Source: Candidatus Micrarchaeota archaeon
GTDB lineage: Archaea > Micrarchaeota > Micrarchaeia > CAILAH01
Assembly (NCBI GenBank): GCA_964401875.1
Contig: CAYOAB010000001.1
Location: forward strand, 1-44,712
Length of the DNA: 44,712 nucleotides
Direction: 5' to 3'
Below the pieces are notes generated by a model, which had not been told where the DNA came from, ran no database searches, and saw only the letters and a list, made by a program, of their open reading frames with translations. Positions 6,792 through 16,542 of this stretch are shown here, one piece after another; the first letter of the stretch is position 1; each line of letters starts with the position of its first letter. The position numbers and the translations under genes were made by a program.

Positions 6792-8116
6792 TATTGTTCA
6801 ACCTCTTCATTTTCATAAATTATACGCTCTGAAAATTCACCACAATAGTTAGTGTGCATCATCTCCTTTACTTTTTTCATTTCTTTAGTTTGTCCTAAAA
6901 CCCAACTCAATTTAACGTAAGCAGTTTCAGGAGTCCAATCACATAAATGACCAATCACACCAATTTCATTTAACATTCTACCAGAAGTGTAAACATTTAA
7001 ATTTAAACGCCCGTATATTGTTTGAGGGGCCATTACAACAGGTATTTCCGAATTTATTAAATCCTTAATTTCATTGAATATTGAAAGGGATTTTTTATCA
7101 TTGTAAGGGTTTGTTGGAACGTGTCCTAAACCAGTACCCATTAAAACCACACCATCATAATCACTTAACTTTGAAATGAAAGAAGGTTTAATCCCAGGAT
7201 GAATATAAACCATTGCAACATTTTCATTGAATTTGTCAATTAATTTCATTTCATTTTCATTTTTTTTCGGAGTTGAAACGTATTCAAGAGATTTTGATTT
7301 GTAATCTATGTAAGCAACAGGTTGTACGTTAATAGATTTAAATGCATCACGTTTTGATGTGTGCATCTTACGTGCATTAACACCATTTATAATAACACCT
7401 TGCCCATCATTTGAATTTCTGTGCATACAAACATAAATCCCAGGTAAACCTGATTGAGCATAAAAAACTGAATTGAGTAAATTTTCCTTATTATCTGATG
7501 AACCTCTATCACTACTTCTCTGTGAACCAGTAAATACAACGGGTTTAATCGGATTTTGAATCATGAAAGAGAGAGCACTTGAAGAATAACTCATAGTATC
7601 CGTACCATGCGTTGCAACTACACTTTTATTATTTTTTAATTCGTTGTAAATCTCTTTACCCATTTCTTTCCAATGTGAAATGTTAATATCTTCAGAAAGA
7701 AGTGAAAAAACATTTTTGAAATTAACTTTACCGAAATTGTTTATCTCAGGAAATTGTTCAACAAATTCCTTATTTGAAATTGAAGGGTACACTGCTCCAG
7801 TTTTGTATTCAACTTTAGAGGAAATTGTTCCACCGAAAGTTAAAATTGAAATGTCATTATCCTCATTAAAAGAATTATCGGAAGATTCATTATTTTTAAA
7901 AGAATAACCTTCACCTATAAATTTAATTGAATCATTAATTTCTAAACCTACATTATAACCATTATTTAACTTTACAATTAAAATGTCTGATTCTTTCTCG
8001 GAATTATCAAGAAGAATACCATTGTATTCTTTACTTCCAATCACCATTGAAATTTCATTTCCTATTTTTACTTTTTGTTTTTCCAACTTTTCTTTTACTT
8101 TTTTTGAGTATGACAT
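6791..8116 (-). CDS. gatD: Glu-tRNA(Gln) amidotransferase subunit D
   Basis: N-terminal GatD-specific domain (KLNNGYNVGLE) plus an asparaginase-type domain with TGGTI-like FGGTISS and HGTDTMSYSS motifs. About 440 aa, typical for archaeal GatD. Confidence 0.85.
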   Translation of the reverse strand: MSYSKKVKEKLEKQKVKIGNEISMVIGSKEYNGILLDNSEKESDILIVKLNNGYNVGLEINDSIKFIGEGYSFKNNESSDNSFNEDNDISILTFGGTISSKVEYKTGAVYPSISNKEFVEQFPEINNFGKVNFKNVFSLLSEDINISHWKEMGKEIYNELKNNKSVVATHGTDTMSYSSSALSFMIQNPIKPVVFTGSQRSSDRGSSDNKENLLNSVFYAQSGLPGIYVCMHRNSNDGQGVIINGVNARKMHTSKRDAFKSINVQPVAYIDYKSKSLEYVSTPKKNENEMKLIDKFNENVAMVYIHPGIKPSFISKLSDYDGVVLMGTGLGHVPTNPYNDKKSLSIFNEIKDLINSEIPVVMAPQTIYGRLNLNVYTSGRMLNEIGVIGHLCDWTPETAYVKLSWVLGQTKEMKKVKEMMHTNYCGEFSERIIYENEEVEQ

Positions 8117-9128
8117 TTTTTACACCTTTTTTATTTACTTTTACTTTTTTCTTAATTTGTTTTTTTGTTTTTGATGGAGACATTTCTTCAGATAAAACTT
8201 CAGGTAATTCTTTTTTAGAATCATCAAACCCTTTCAAAAAATTGTAAACTAGTTCACCTAAATCTTCAGTCCAATAACCTCCTTCAAGAACAGCAAAAAT
8301 TGGTGAATTAATTTCCCTTGCCTTTGTGTTTAATATTTTACCTAATGTTTTGAAAGTTTTGGGTGAACGTATACTTGAAGTTGTTCCGTAAAATATGTCC
8401 TTAAAATAAATGTTAAATCCTGCTGAAACACAAATCATATCAGGTTTAATATCATCAATGTAAGGTAATACTTTTGAACGTACATTTTCCAAAAATTCAT
8501 TATCATCAATCCATAACCTGTTTTCAATTAATTTTAAATGCTCAGTACTTTCATTTTCTTTACCTACGTAAGGAAAAACAGTTTCAGCAAATTGATGAAT
8601 AGAAACTATGTAAACGTTAGGATTATCTTTGAAAATATCATTTGTACCTTTACAAAAATGTGCATCAAAATCAAAAATTAAAATTTTAAGTTTAGGATTT
8701 TTCTCAAGTAAATTCAATACAGCAACAGCTATATTATTTACATATGAATTATTTTCAAAAAAGTCACGGCCAGCAAAATTACCTTTTGGCCTTGTAAGAG
8801 CAAATGAGAATTTTTTATTTTTAAATGAATATTCACAAGCATCAATTGCACTTCCTGCTGAAAGTTTTAAAACAGTGAAAGTTCCTTTAGTAATTGGATC
8901 TTCAGGAAAATATTTCTTTATCCTTTCAGGGTTTTTTAATTCATTTAGATATTGCTCATTATGTGCAAGTAATAATTGATTTTCAGATGCAGAATTTGGT
9001 TGAATTAATTTAAACTTTAAATCAGAATTATTTAGATATTTTAAAATTACATCTAACCTCACACCTAAATCAGGTTCAGCTCCTTTAAATCCAATAATTT
9101 GTTTTTTTGAAAAATATATATTAATCAT
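8055..9128 (-). CDS. histone deacetylase/AcuC-fold protein with degenerate catalytic motifs and a Lys-rich C-terminal tail
   Basis: HDAC-family blocks are recognisable: LTRPKGNFA (for RPPGHHA), FDFDAHFCKGT (for DxDxHHGDG), VSAGFNIY (for SAGFDA) and LEGGYW (GGGY). The last ~40 aa are highly basic (KKQIKKKVKVNKKGVK...KSKNRK). Confidence 0.6.
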   Translation of the reverse strand: MINIYFSKKQIIGFKGAEPDLGVRLDVILKYLNNSDLKFKLIQPNSASENQLLLAHNEQYLNELKNPERIKKYFPEDPITKGTFTVLKLSAGSAIDACEYSFKNKKFSFALTRPKGNFAGRDFFENNSYVNNIAVAVLNLLEKNPKLKILIFDFDAHFCKGTNDIFKDNPNVYIVSIHQFAETVFPYVGKENESTEHLKLIENRLWIDDNEFLENVRSKVLPYIDDIKPDMICVSAGFNIYFKDIFYGTTSSIRSPKTFKTLGKILNTKAREINSPIFAVLEGGYWTEDLGELVYNFLKGFDDSKKELPEVLSEEMSPSKTKKQIKKKVKVNKKGVKNVILKKSKRKVGKTKSKNRK

Positions 9129-9145
9129 ATTTTATCATCTCATAT

Positions 9146-10612
9146 TCAATTACCAAACAACTTTGAAATCCTTCCGATTATGTTATTTATTATGGAAGTT
9201 ACTGTATTCATGAAAGAATCAATTGGAGATAAAACAACTTCTTTTTCCTCTTCAATTATCTCTTCTTCTTCAACTATTTCATCTTCAGTTTCATTTAAAT
9301 CTTCATTTTCAGTTTCATTTAATTTATCCTCTTCTTCAACTTCAACGATTTTTTCACAACCGTTCAAGGCACAATCAGAAACCATATCTTTAATATTCTC
9401 ATCAAATTCTATCATTCTTCCTTTATAATAAGTTAATTCATTTGAAACTATACGAATTCCTTTTACCCTTTCAATTTCATTTTTAATTGAAGTTAAATTA
9501 GAATCATATTTCGTATCTTTAAGAACAGGTAATCCCTTCTCATACGTTTCCAATGCTTTATTAGCTTCATAATCAACTTCTTTTCTCTTAACAACTAAAG
9601 TGTTGATGTCTATTTTAAGTTTTGATAATGTAGAATAATACGAATTACCCTTTTCAATTGCGATTTTATAATTACCTTGATTTTTTGATGCAAGCATATC
9701 ATCAACATAAACGGAAGCAGTAGCTATTTTAATTTCAATAGGTTCATCATAAACCTTTGAATTTTTATAAATTGTTTCACATTCATTAAACAAATCTAAA
9801 ACCTTAACATGGATCTCAGTATATAAAGCAGGTCTATTTTTTATGAAATTAACTCTTTCAGTTGTTGCATCATAAATTGAATTTGCCTTTTGTCTAATGG
9901 AACTCTCACTTGATAAAGAACTTTCAATATCTAAAATAATACTCTTTGCAGAATCCAATGAAACATAAGAAATATCCATATCTTTACAAAAACCATAAAC
10001 GGAATATAAACCATTTTCTTCTACTTCTTCCATATCATCTTCAAGAGAATTAATTGATTTTCTTAAATTAGAATAATCAGTTATAGTTTTAGCATTTTCT
10101 AAATCAATTAAAACTTCGTTAAGGGATTCATCAACTTCATCCTTAGCAGTGTTCCAATCTAATATTGTGTAAATGAAAGGTTCACTTTTAATCATAGAAC
10201 ATATAGGTACAGCATAACATGCTTTCAAACAACTATCCCTATCATAACAAGGCATTTTATCTACACCAGTATATTGTTCACATGTTTTCCTATTAGGATA
10301 TTGTGATTCATTAAATTGTAATAAGAAATCGTTTACCTGTTCTCTTCTATATTGAATCATAGATTCCTCTTCAAACCTTGTTACAAAAACATTAGTAATC
10401 TCAGTTTTATCTTGAATTAGTTTTGGAGTAGAATCAATTAACAATTCATCTTGACCTGCAATATTAACAATCCAATATTTATTTCCACCTGCACTTATTT
10501 CAGTTAAAATATAAGTTTCGGCAGGTTCAATATATTGAACTGCAACCTGTGCAACGGTCTGCGAGAATAAAACAAAACAGAACAAAGAAAGTATAAAGAG
10601 AACTTTTTTCAT
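9146..10612 (-). CDS. secreted hypothetical protein with acidic C-terminal region
   Basis: Signal peptide MKKVLFILSLFCFVLFSQTVAQ, several Cys in the N-terminal third, and an EEEDKLNETENEDLNETEDEIVEEEE acidic stretch. No family recognised. Confidence 0.6.
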   Translation of the reverse strand: MKKVLFILSLFCFVLFSQTVAQVAVQYIEPAETYILTEISAGGNKYWIVNIAGQDELLIDSTPKLIQDKTEITNVFVTRFEEESMIQYRREQVNDFLLQFNESQYPNRKTCEQYTGVDKMPCYDRDSCLKACYAVPICSMIKSEPFIYTILDWNTAKDEVDESLNEVLIDLENAKTITDYSNLRKSINSLEDDMEEVEENGLYSVYGFCKDMDISYVSLDSAKSIILDIESSLSSESSIRQKANSIYDATTERVNFIKNRPALYTEIHVKVLDLFNECETIYKNSKVYDEPIEIKIATASVYVDDMLASKNQGNYKIAIEKGNSYYSTLSKLKIDINTLVVKRKEVDYEANKALETYEKGLPVLKDTKYDSNLTSIKNEIERVKGIRIVSNELTYYKGRMIEFDENIKDMVSDCALNGCEKIVEVEEEDKLNETENEDLNETEDEIVEEEEIIEEEKEVVLSPIDSFMNTVTSIINNIIGRISKLFGN

Positions 10613-10643
10613 AATATAATATGAACGTATAATAATTTAAATT

Positions 10644-11318
10644 CTAAATCCTCAGTTCAACCTCATCCACATAATTTGAAAGTACTTCTTTGAACAAATT
10701 AATTTGCTCTTGTGTGTAAGGTTCGGGGTTAAAGTTTTTATCTAAATTATTACCTTGCCTGAATTGTTGTAAATAAAACCTTTTTGCACCTTTTACCAAT
10801 TTCCCTACTTCATTTAAATCTTCCAAATTAATTATACCTGGAGCTAAAGTGGCACGAAATTCATAATCTTTTGCTTTTTCCATAATTAATTGAATGCTTT
10901 CCTTTATGTTTTCAATTTCAGTATACCCTACCAATTTATATTTATCAAGAGAAGTTTTAACATCCATCGCAATGTAATCTAAATCATTTATACATTCCCT
11001 CAACATTGAAGGGGAGGAACCATTTGAATCTAATTTAACTTTAAATCCCATCTCTTTTACATTTCTTATAAATTCAGGCAAATCTTTATGTAAAGTAGGT
11101 TCACCACCAGTAATAGTAACTGAGTTTATCAACCCTTTTTTTGCTCTGATTAATTCAAATGCTTTTTCATTTCCAAAAATGTTTTGAGCATTAAAAATTA
11201 AATCGGGGTTATGACAAAACGGACACCTAAAGTTACACCCAACAGTGAAAAAAATCATAGTAACATTGTCAGGGTAATCTATAAGTGAAACGTTTTGCAC
11301 ACCTCCAAAAACCACCAT
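10644..11318 (-). CDS. nrdG: anaerobic ribonucleoside-triphosphate reductase activating protein (radical SAM)
   Basis: CNFRCPFCHN radical-SAM cluster motif. Size is about 224 aa. It lies immediately downstream of nrdD. Confidence 0.85.
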   Translation of the reverse strand: MVVFGGVQNVSLIDYPDNVTMIFFTVGCNFRCPFCHNPDLIFNAQNIFGNEKAFELIRAKKGLINSVTITGGEPTLHKDLPEFIRNVKEMGFKVKLDSNGSSPSMLRECINDLDYIAMDVKTSLDKYKLVGYTEIENIKESIQLIMEKAKDYEFRATLAPGIINLEDLNEVGKLVKGAKRFYLQQFRQGNNLDKNFNPEPYTQEQINLFKEVLSNYVDEVELRI

Positions 11319-11329
11319 AATATCACACC

Positions 11330-13489
11330 TTAATTATTTGTTGGTTCTGTTATGGTAATGGTTTGATGTTCAATACCTAAATCTTTTTTGAAAACGGGAT
11401 CAAAAGTTTTACGTATTTCAAATTCACTCTTCTTACCATCATTCCACTGCTCAATTGGTCTTAAATAACCTACAATTCTGGAGTACACTTCACACTTTTC
11501 ACCACAAGAAGGACATTTTGAATGTTCTCCTCTTAAGTAACCATGCGATTTACAAACACTGAAAGTTGGACTTAAAGTGAAATAAGGTAACTTGTAATTA
11601 TTGGCTATAGTTCTCACAAGCATAGCCGTTGATTTCACAGAAGGTGCCTTTTCACCGAGGAAAATATGGAAAACAGTTCCACCAGTGTAAAGCGTTTGTA
11701 ATGAATCCTGGTTGTCCAATGCTGCAAATATATCATCAGTATAATTAACAGGTAACTGTGATGAATTTGTATAAAATGGTTTTGCTCCATTACGTAATTC
11801 ATTTTCATTTGCAACAATTATATTAGGGTACATCTTCTTATCTAAACGTGCTAATCTGTAAGTTGTACCTTCAGCAGGTGTAGCTTCTAAATTGTAAATG
11901 TTATTTGTTTGGTCTTGATATAACATTAACCTTTCACGCATGAATTTCATTACATTAATTGCAAATTCTTTACCTTTAGGTGTTGTTATATTTTCACCTG
12001 GACCTAACAAATTAATTATGGCTTCATTCATACCTATTATACCAATTGTTGCGAAATGATTTCTCCAATAACTACCTACCGATTCCTTAACAGATTTCAA
12101 ATAAAATTTAGAGTAAGGATACAAATTGAAATCAGTAAACCTTTCAATTATTTTTCTTTTACTCTCCAAACTATCTCTTGCTAAATCCATAAGATAAGTT
12201 AACCTATCAAAAAATTGTTCTTCGTTAGAAGAAAGGTAACCTATACGTGGTAAATTAATTGTAACAACACCGATTGAACCTGTTAATGGATTGGCACCAA
12301 ATAATCCACCACCTCTCTTGTTAAGTTCCCTGTTATCAATCCTTAAACGACAACACATACTTCTAACATCTTCAGGATTCATGTCACTATTAATGAAATT
12401 AGAGAAATAAGGAATACCATACTTGGCTGCCATCTCAAATACCTTCTCAGAAACAGGTGATTCCCAATCAAAATCTTGAGTAATATTATATGTTGGAATT
12501 GGGAAAGTAAACACCCTACCACTTGCATCACCTTCAGTTAAAAGTTCTGCGAAAATTTTGTTGAACATATCCATTTCCTTTTGGAATTCACCATAAGTTT
12601 CATTCATTAATTTTCCACCGCGAATTACAGGTTCATCTTTCATAAATTTAGGGATTTTCAAATCTAAAGTTACATTAGTGAAAGGCGTTTGGAAACCTAC
12701 ACGTGTTGGAACATTCATGTTAAACAAAAATTCTTGTAATGCTTGCCTAACTTCACTTTCACTTAAATTATCATACCTTATTAAAGGAGCTAAATACGTG
12801 TCAAAGCTACTGAACGCTTGCGCACCGGCGGCTTCACCTTGTAATGTATAAAAGAAATTTACAATTTGCCCTAACGCTGCACGTAAATGTTTTGGTGGTT
12901 TACTTTCAATTTTACCACTTACTCCACGGAAACCCACCATAAGTAAATCTCTTAAATCCCAACCTACACAATATGCGCTAAGAGAATTTAAATCATGTAA
13001 ATGAAAATCTCCTTTTTCATGTAAATCTGCAATTTCTTTTGGATAAATCCTGTTCAACCAATATTTCTTAATAACAGTTGAAGCAATGTGATTGTTAAGA
13101 CCTTGTAAGGAATAGGCCATGTTAGAATTTTCTTTTACTCTCCAATCTTCTAAATTCAGATATTTATCAATAAGTTCACTTGAACCCATGAGAGTTGCAA
13201 TCTCACGCATTTCATTATGTTGTTTTCTGTATAAAATGAAGGCCTTAGCTGTTCTTGCATGACCTTCTTCAATTAAAATTCTTTCAACTGCATCTTGAAT
13301 TTCTTCAACTGTTGGAACTCCTTCTTCACCGAACCTTTGCACTAAATCTTCAATAACTAAAGCAGCCAAAGTTTCTGCTCTTTCCCGATTAGTACCACCA
13401 ACAGCTTGTGCAGCTTTCCAAATTACCCCAACTATATGCTCCTTGTTGAAATCAACAAGCCTACCGTCTCTTTTCCTTACTAATTTCAT
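11330..13489 (-). CDS. nrdD: anaerobic (class III) ribonucleoside-triphosphate reductase
   Basis: N-terminal ATP-cone (VRKRDGRLVDFNKEHI). C-terminal Zn site (CKSHGY...CPSCG). Glycyl-radical motif SRIVGYLRP. Confidence 0.9.
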   Translation of the reverse strand: MKLVRKRDGRLVDFNKEHIVGVIWKAAQAVGGTNRERAETLAALVIEDLVQRFGEEGVPTVEEIQDAVERILIEEGHARTAKAFILYRKQHNEMREIATLMGSSELIDKYLNLEDWRVKENSNMAYSLQGLNNHIASTVIKKYWLNRIYPKEIADLHEKGDFHLHDLNSLSAYCVGWDLRDLLMVGFRGVSGKIESKPPKHLRAALGQIVNFFYTLQGEAAGAQAFSSFDTYLAPLIRYDNLSESEVRQALQEFLFNMNVPTRVGFQTPFTNVTLDLKIPKFMKDEPVIRGGKLMNETYGEFQKEMDMFNKIFAELLTEGDASGRVFTFPIPTYNITQDFDWESPVSEKVFEMAAKYGIPYFSNFINSDMNPEDVRSMCCRLRIDNRELNKRGGGLFGANPLTGSIGVVTINLPRIGYLSSNEEQFFDRLTYLMDLARDSLESKRKIIERFTDFNLYPYSKFYLKSVKESVGSYWRNHFATIGIIGMNEAIINLLGPGENITTPKGKEFAINVMKFMRERLMLYQDQTNNIYNLEATPAEGTTYRLARLDKKMYPNIIVANENELRNGAKPFYTNSSQLPVNYTDDIFAALDNQDSLQTLYTGGTVFHIFLGEKAPSVKSTAMLVRTIANNYKLPYFTLSPTFSVCKSHGYLRGEHSKCPSCGEKCEVYSRIVGYLRPIEQWNDGKKSEFEIRKTFDPVFKKDLGIEHQTITITEPTNN

Positions 13490-13493
13490 AAAC

Positions 13494-13931
13494 TCATCTC
13501 CTTATCATGTCTAAAAAATCTTTTGGATCCTCAAAAGAAAAATATACAGACGCAAAACGTATATATGCCACCTTATCTATCTTCTTAAGTTTCTCCATGA
13601 CCATTAAACCTATACGCGAACTATCCACTACTTCATTACCTTCTTGCATTAAAGAAAGCCTAATATCTTCTGCCATTTCTTTTATTTTTTCAAAACAGAT
13701 TGGTCTTTTTTCACATGCAGTTTGTAATCCTTTTACTATTTTTTCAGAATCAAATCGTTGTAAACTCCCATTCTTCTTCTTAACCATCATTTCAAGAGTT
13801 TCAATGTATTCATAAGTAGTAAATCTCTTGCCACAACCAGCACATTCCTTTCTTCTTCTTGTGCGATTGTCTTGAGATTCACGAGTTTCAAGAACACTTA
13901 ATTCCTCTGAATTACAAAATGGACATTTCAT
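13494..13931 (-). CDS. nrdR: transcriptional repressor NrdR (zinc ribbon + ATP-cone)
   Basis: MKCPFCNS...CAGCGKRFTTYE zinc ribbon followed by an ATP-cone. I prefer ATG at 13931 over the ORF-track start at 13940, which is a GTG and lies inside NrdR box 1. Confidence 0.85.
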   Translation of the reverse strand: MKCPFCNSEELSVLETRESQDNRTRRRKECAGCGKRFTTYEYIETLEMMVKKKNGSLQRFDSEKIVKGLQTACEKRPICFEKIKEMAEDIRLSLMQEGNEVVDSSRIGLMVMEKLKKIDKVAYIRFASVYFSFEDPKDFLDMIRR

Positions 13932-13936
13932 TAAAA

Positions 13937-13952
13937 ACACTCCTAGTAGTGT
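13937..13952 (-). promoter_or_regulatory. candidate NrdR box 1 (ACACTCCTAGTAGTGT)
   Basis: 16-bp ACAC-N8-GTGT element, 6 nt upstream of the nrdR ATG. It resembles the bacterial NrdR-box consensus (approx. acaCwAtATaTwGtgt). Confidence 0.55.
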
Positions 13953-13967
13953 ATATTACACACCCTT

Positions 13968-13983
13968 ACACTAAGTTTAGTGT
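13968..13983 (-). promoter_or_regulatory. candidate NrdR box 2 (ACACTAAGTTTAGTGT)
   Basis: Near-perfect 16-bp palindrome, 31 bp from box 1 (start to start). It lies just downstream of a minus-strand TATA-like TTTAAATA (~13990-13997). Confidence 0.6.
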
Positions 13984-14031
13984 AAAAGTATTTAAACCTA
14001 TCTTTTAAACAAGATGGTTTTTTAAATATAT

Positions 14032-14625
14032 TCACACGCCGTAATCGTTAAGAATTGCAAGAATAGTACTATGAACAGTTTCAAGATCTTGTTGGCCGTC
14101 TATACTTACAACCACATCTGCAAAGAAACATTCTTCATAAATCTTTATGTAATTTTTCCTTACCTTTTTAAGAAATTCTTCCTTTTCAAAAAGTTCTTTC
14201 TCACCTTCAATTCGAGAAATGCAAACAGAAGGATCAACATCTAAAATGAATAATATATCAGGTTCAATTAACTCAAACTCCTCAATCATTGCTTTACCTT
14301 TCTCGTAAATTATACCTTGAGCAGTTTGATATGCCAAAGTTGAATGTGCATACCTATCAAGAATTATATGATTTGTTTCGCTACCTTTATACTTTTCTAA
14401 CTTACTTTTATCCTTAATCATGTCCATTAAAAACATTGGAAGAAGTTCATAACCACTCATATCAACATTGATTTTCTTCTTTAAAATTTTTTCAAATAAG
14501 TAACCATAAATTCCTGTTCTATCGGGATAATTTTGAACGGAACATTTAAGTTTATCTTTTAACATCTTAATTTGTGTTCCTTTACCACTACCATCTAATC
14601 CTTCAAAAACAATAATCATTATCAA
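14032..14625 (-). CDS. tmk: thymidylate kinase
   Basis: P-loop FEGLDGSGKGTQ, a DRY motif (LDRYAHSTLAYQ) and a size of about 195 aa. Confidence 0.85.
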   Translation of the reverse strand: MIMIIVFEGLDGSGKGTQIKMLKDKLKCSVQNYPDRTGIYGYLFEKILKKKINVDMSGYELLPMFLMDMIKDKSKLEKYKGSETNHIILDRYAHSTLAYQTAQGIIYEKGKAMIEEFELIEPDILFILDVDPSVCISRIEGEKELFEKEEFLKKVRKNYIKIYEECFFADVVVSIDGQQDLETVHSTILAILNDYGV

Positions 14626-14672
14626 ATATTAATTGAAAAACAAATATAAACGTAATTAACTTAATTTATTTC

Positions 14673-15704
14673 ATGGATAGTGAAACTAAATTTCAATTGA
14701 TAACAAGAAATCTTCAGGAAGTTGTCGGTGAAGATGAACTTAAAGAAATATTACAAAAAAGAAATTTGAAAGTGTATTGGGGAACAGCACCCACAGGAAA
14801 ACCACATTTAGGTTACTTCGTTCCCATGAATAAAATAGCAGATTTACTTGAAGCAGATTGTGAGGTTACAATTTTGTTTGCAGATTTACATGCTTACTTG
14901 GATAATATGAAAGCACCATGGGATTTGCTTGATAAGAGAACGATGTATTATGAACATTTAATTAAAGAATTAATTAAGTGTATTGGAGTAAATGTTAACA
15001 AATTGAAATTTATTAAAGGAACGGAAATGCAATTGAGTAAGGAATATACATTAGATATGTATAAGATGAGTTCCTTAATTAGCGAACATGACGCTAAAAA
15101 GGCGGGCGCAGAAGTTGTTAAACAGGTTGAATCACCTAAAATGGGTGGATTACTTTACCCTATTTTACAAGCATTAGATGAAGAATATTTGAAAGTAGAT
15201 GCGCAGTTTGGTGGAGTAGATCAAAGGAAAATATTTATGCTCGCAAGAGAATATTTGCCTAAGATAGATTATAAGAAAAGAATACATTTGATGAACGTCA
15301 TGATGCCCGGTTTAAGTGGAGGTAAAATGAGTTCCTCGGATGTAAATTCTAAAATTGATTTGTTAGATGATGAAAAAGAAATTAAAAATAAATTTAACAA
15401 AGCATATTGTCCTGAGGGAGTAGTTGAAGAGAATGGGGTTTTAACATTAATTAAATATTCAATTTTTCCAATTTTAGAAAGAAGAAATGAGAAATTTAAA
15501 ATTGAAAGGCCAGAAAAATTTGGAGGAAATGTTGAATTTAATAATTATGAAGAATTAGAAAAAATGTTTGTGGAAAAGAAAATACATCCTATGGATTTGA
15601 AAAGTAATACTGCAAGATATTTCATAGAAATACTTGAACCTTTAAGAAAACATTTTGAATCTGATGAAATGAAAAAACTTATAAAAGAAGCATATCCACA
15701 ATAA
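14673..15704 (+). CDS. tyrS: tyrosyl-tRNA synthetase (archaeal/eukaryal type)
   Basis: HIGH-type motif PHLGY and KMSKS-type motif KMSSS. About 340 aa with no bacterial C-terminal S4 domain. Confidence 0.9.
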   Translation: MDSETKFQLITRNLQEVVGEDELKEILQKRNLKVYWGTAPTGKPHLGYFVPMNKIADLLEADCEVTILFADLHAYLDNMKAPWDLLDKRTMYYEHLIKELIKCIGVNVNKLKFIKGTEMQLSKEYTLDMYKMSSLISEHDAKKAGAEVVKQVESPKMGGLLYPILQALDEEYLKVDAQFGGVDQRKIFMLAREYLPKIDYKKRIHLMNVMMPGLSGGKMSSSDVNSKIDLLDDEKEIKNKFNKAYCPEGVVEENGVLTLIKYSIFPILERRNEKFKIERPEKFGGNVEFNNYEELEKMFVEKKIHPMDLKSNTARYFIEILEPLRKHFESDEMKKLIKEAYPQ

Positions 15705-15720
15705 TTTATGACGTGAAAAA

Positions 15721-16542
15721 ATGGATTATTTAATTGCAATATTGTTTGGAATTGTTCAGGGCATTTTTGAATGGTTACCAGTAAGTTCGGAGGCATTTAT
15801 TGTAATTCTTTCTAAATATTTGCTTGGGATGAACATTGAACAGGGAATTGAATTTGCTATTTGGTTACATTTAGGTACACTTGTTTCTGCAATAATTTAT
15901 TTTAGAAATGAACTTGTAGAAATTGTAAAAGAAATAATAGAGAATTTGAAAATAATAATTAACACGAGAGGAAATTGTTCAATAATTAAAATAAGTGAAT
16001 TAACTTATTTTCTTTTTATTTCTACATTTTTCTCTGGAATTGTTGCATTACCATTACTTTTATTTGCAATTAACTTTGAAATAAACGAGAATATATTTAT
16101 GTTGTTTATAGGATTTTTCTTATTAGTGATTTCAGGAATTCAAAGAGTAAAGGAAATTAAAAAGAAAGAAACAGTGAATTTCAGAGATTCAATTGTTGTG
16201 GGAATAATGCAGGGGTTGGCCGTATTACCTGGAATAAGTAGAAGTAGAATTACTACAGGAACATTGCTTTTACAAGGGTATTCAATTGAGAAAGCATTCA
16301 AATTAAGTTTTATTATGAGTATACCTATTGTGTTTTTAGCACAATTTGCATTTCCATTAATTAAAGGAACTTTTACAATTACCGGGCCTATGATTGTTAG
16401 TATGATTACTTCCGCAATTGTGGGTTACATTTCAATAAATTATTTGATTGAATTAAGTAAAAAGTATAGTTTCCAAAACGTTACATTAATTTTAGGTTTA
16501 CTTGTTATATTACTTGGAATAATTAGTTTATTTCTTCTTTGA
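15721..16542 (+). CDS. uppP: undecaprenyl-diphosphatase (BacA/UppP family)
   Basis: Polytopic membrane protein with N-terminal EWLPVSSEAF and central PGISRSRIT motifs, both typical of UppP. Confidence 0.8.
   Translation: MDYLIAILFGIVQGIFEWLPVSSEAFIVILSKYLLGMNIEQGIEFAIWLHLGTLVSAIIYFRNELVEIVKEIIENLKIIINTRGNCSIIKISELTYFLFISTFFSGIVALPLLLFAINFEINENIFMLFIGFFLLVISGIQRVKEIKKKETVNFRDSIVVGIMQGLAVLPGISRSRITTGTLLLQGYSIEKAFKLSFIMSIPIVFLAQFAFPLIKGTFTITGPMIVSMITSAIVGYISINYLIELSKKYSFQNVTLILGLLVILLGIISLFLL

Noticed and set aside
13932-13940. GTG start (MFLM...) for nrdR given in the ORF track
   Set aside because: An ATG at 13931 gives the canonical MKCPFC N-terminus. The GTG lies inside candidate NrdR box 1.
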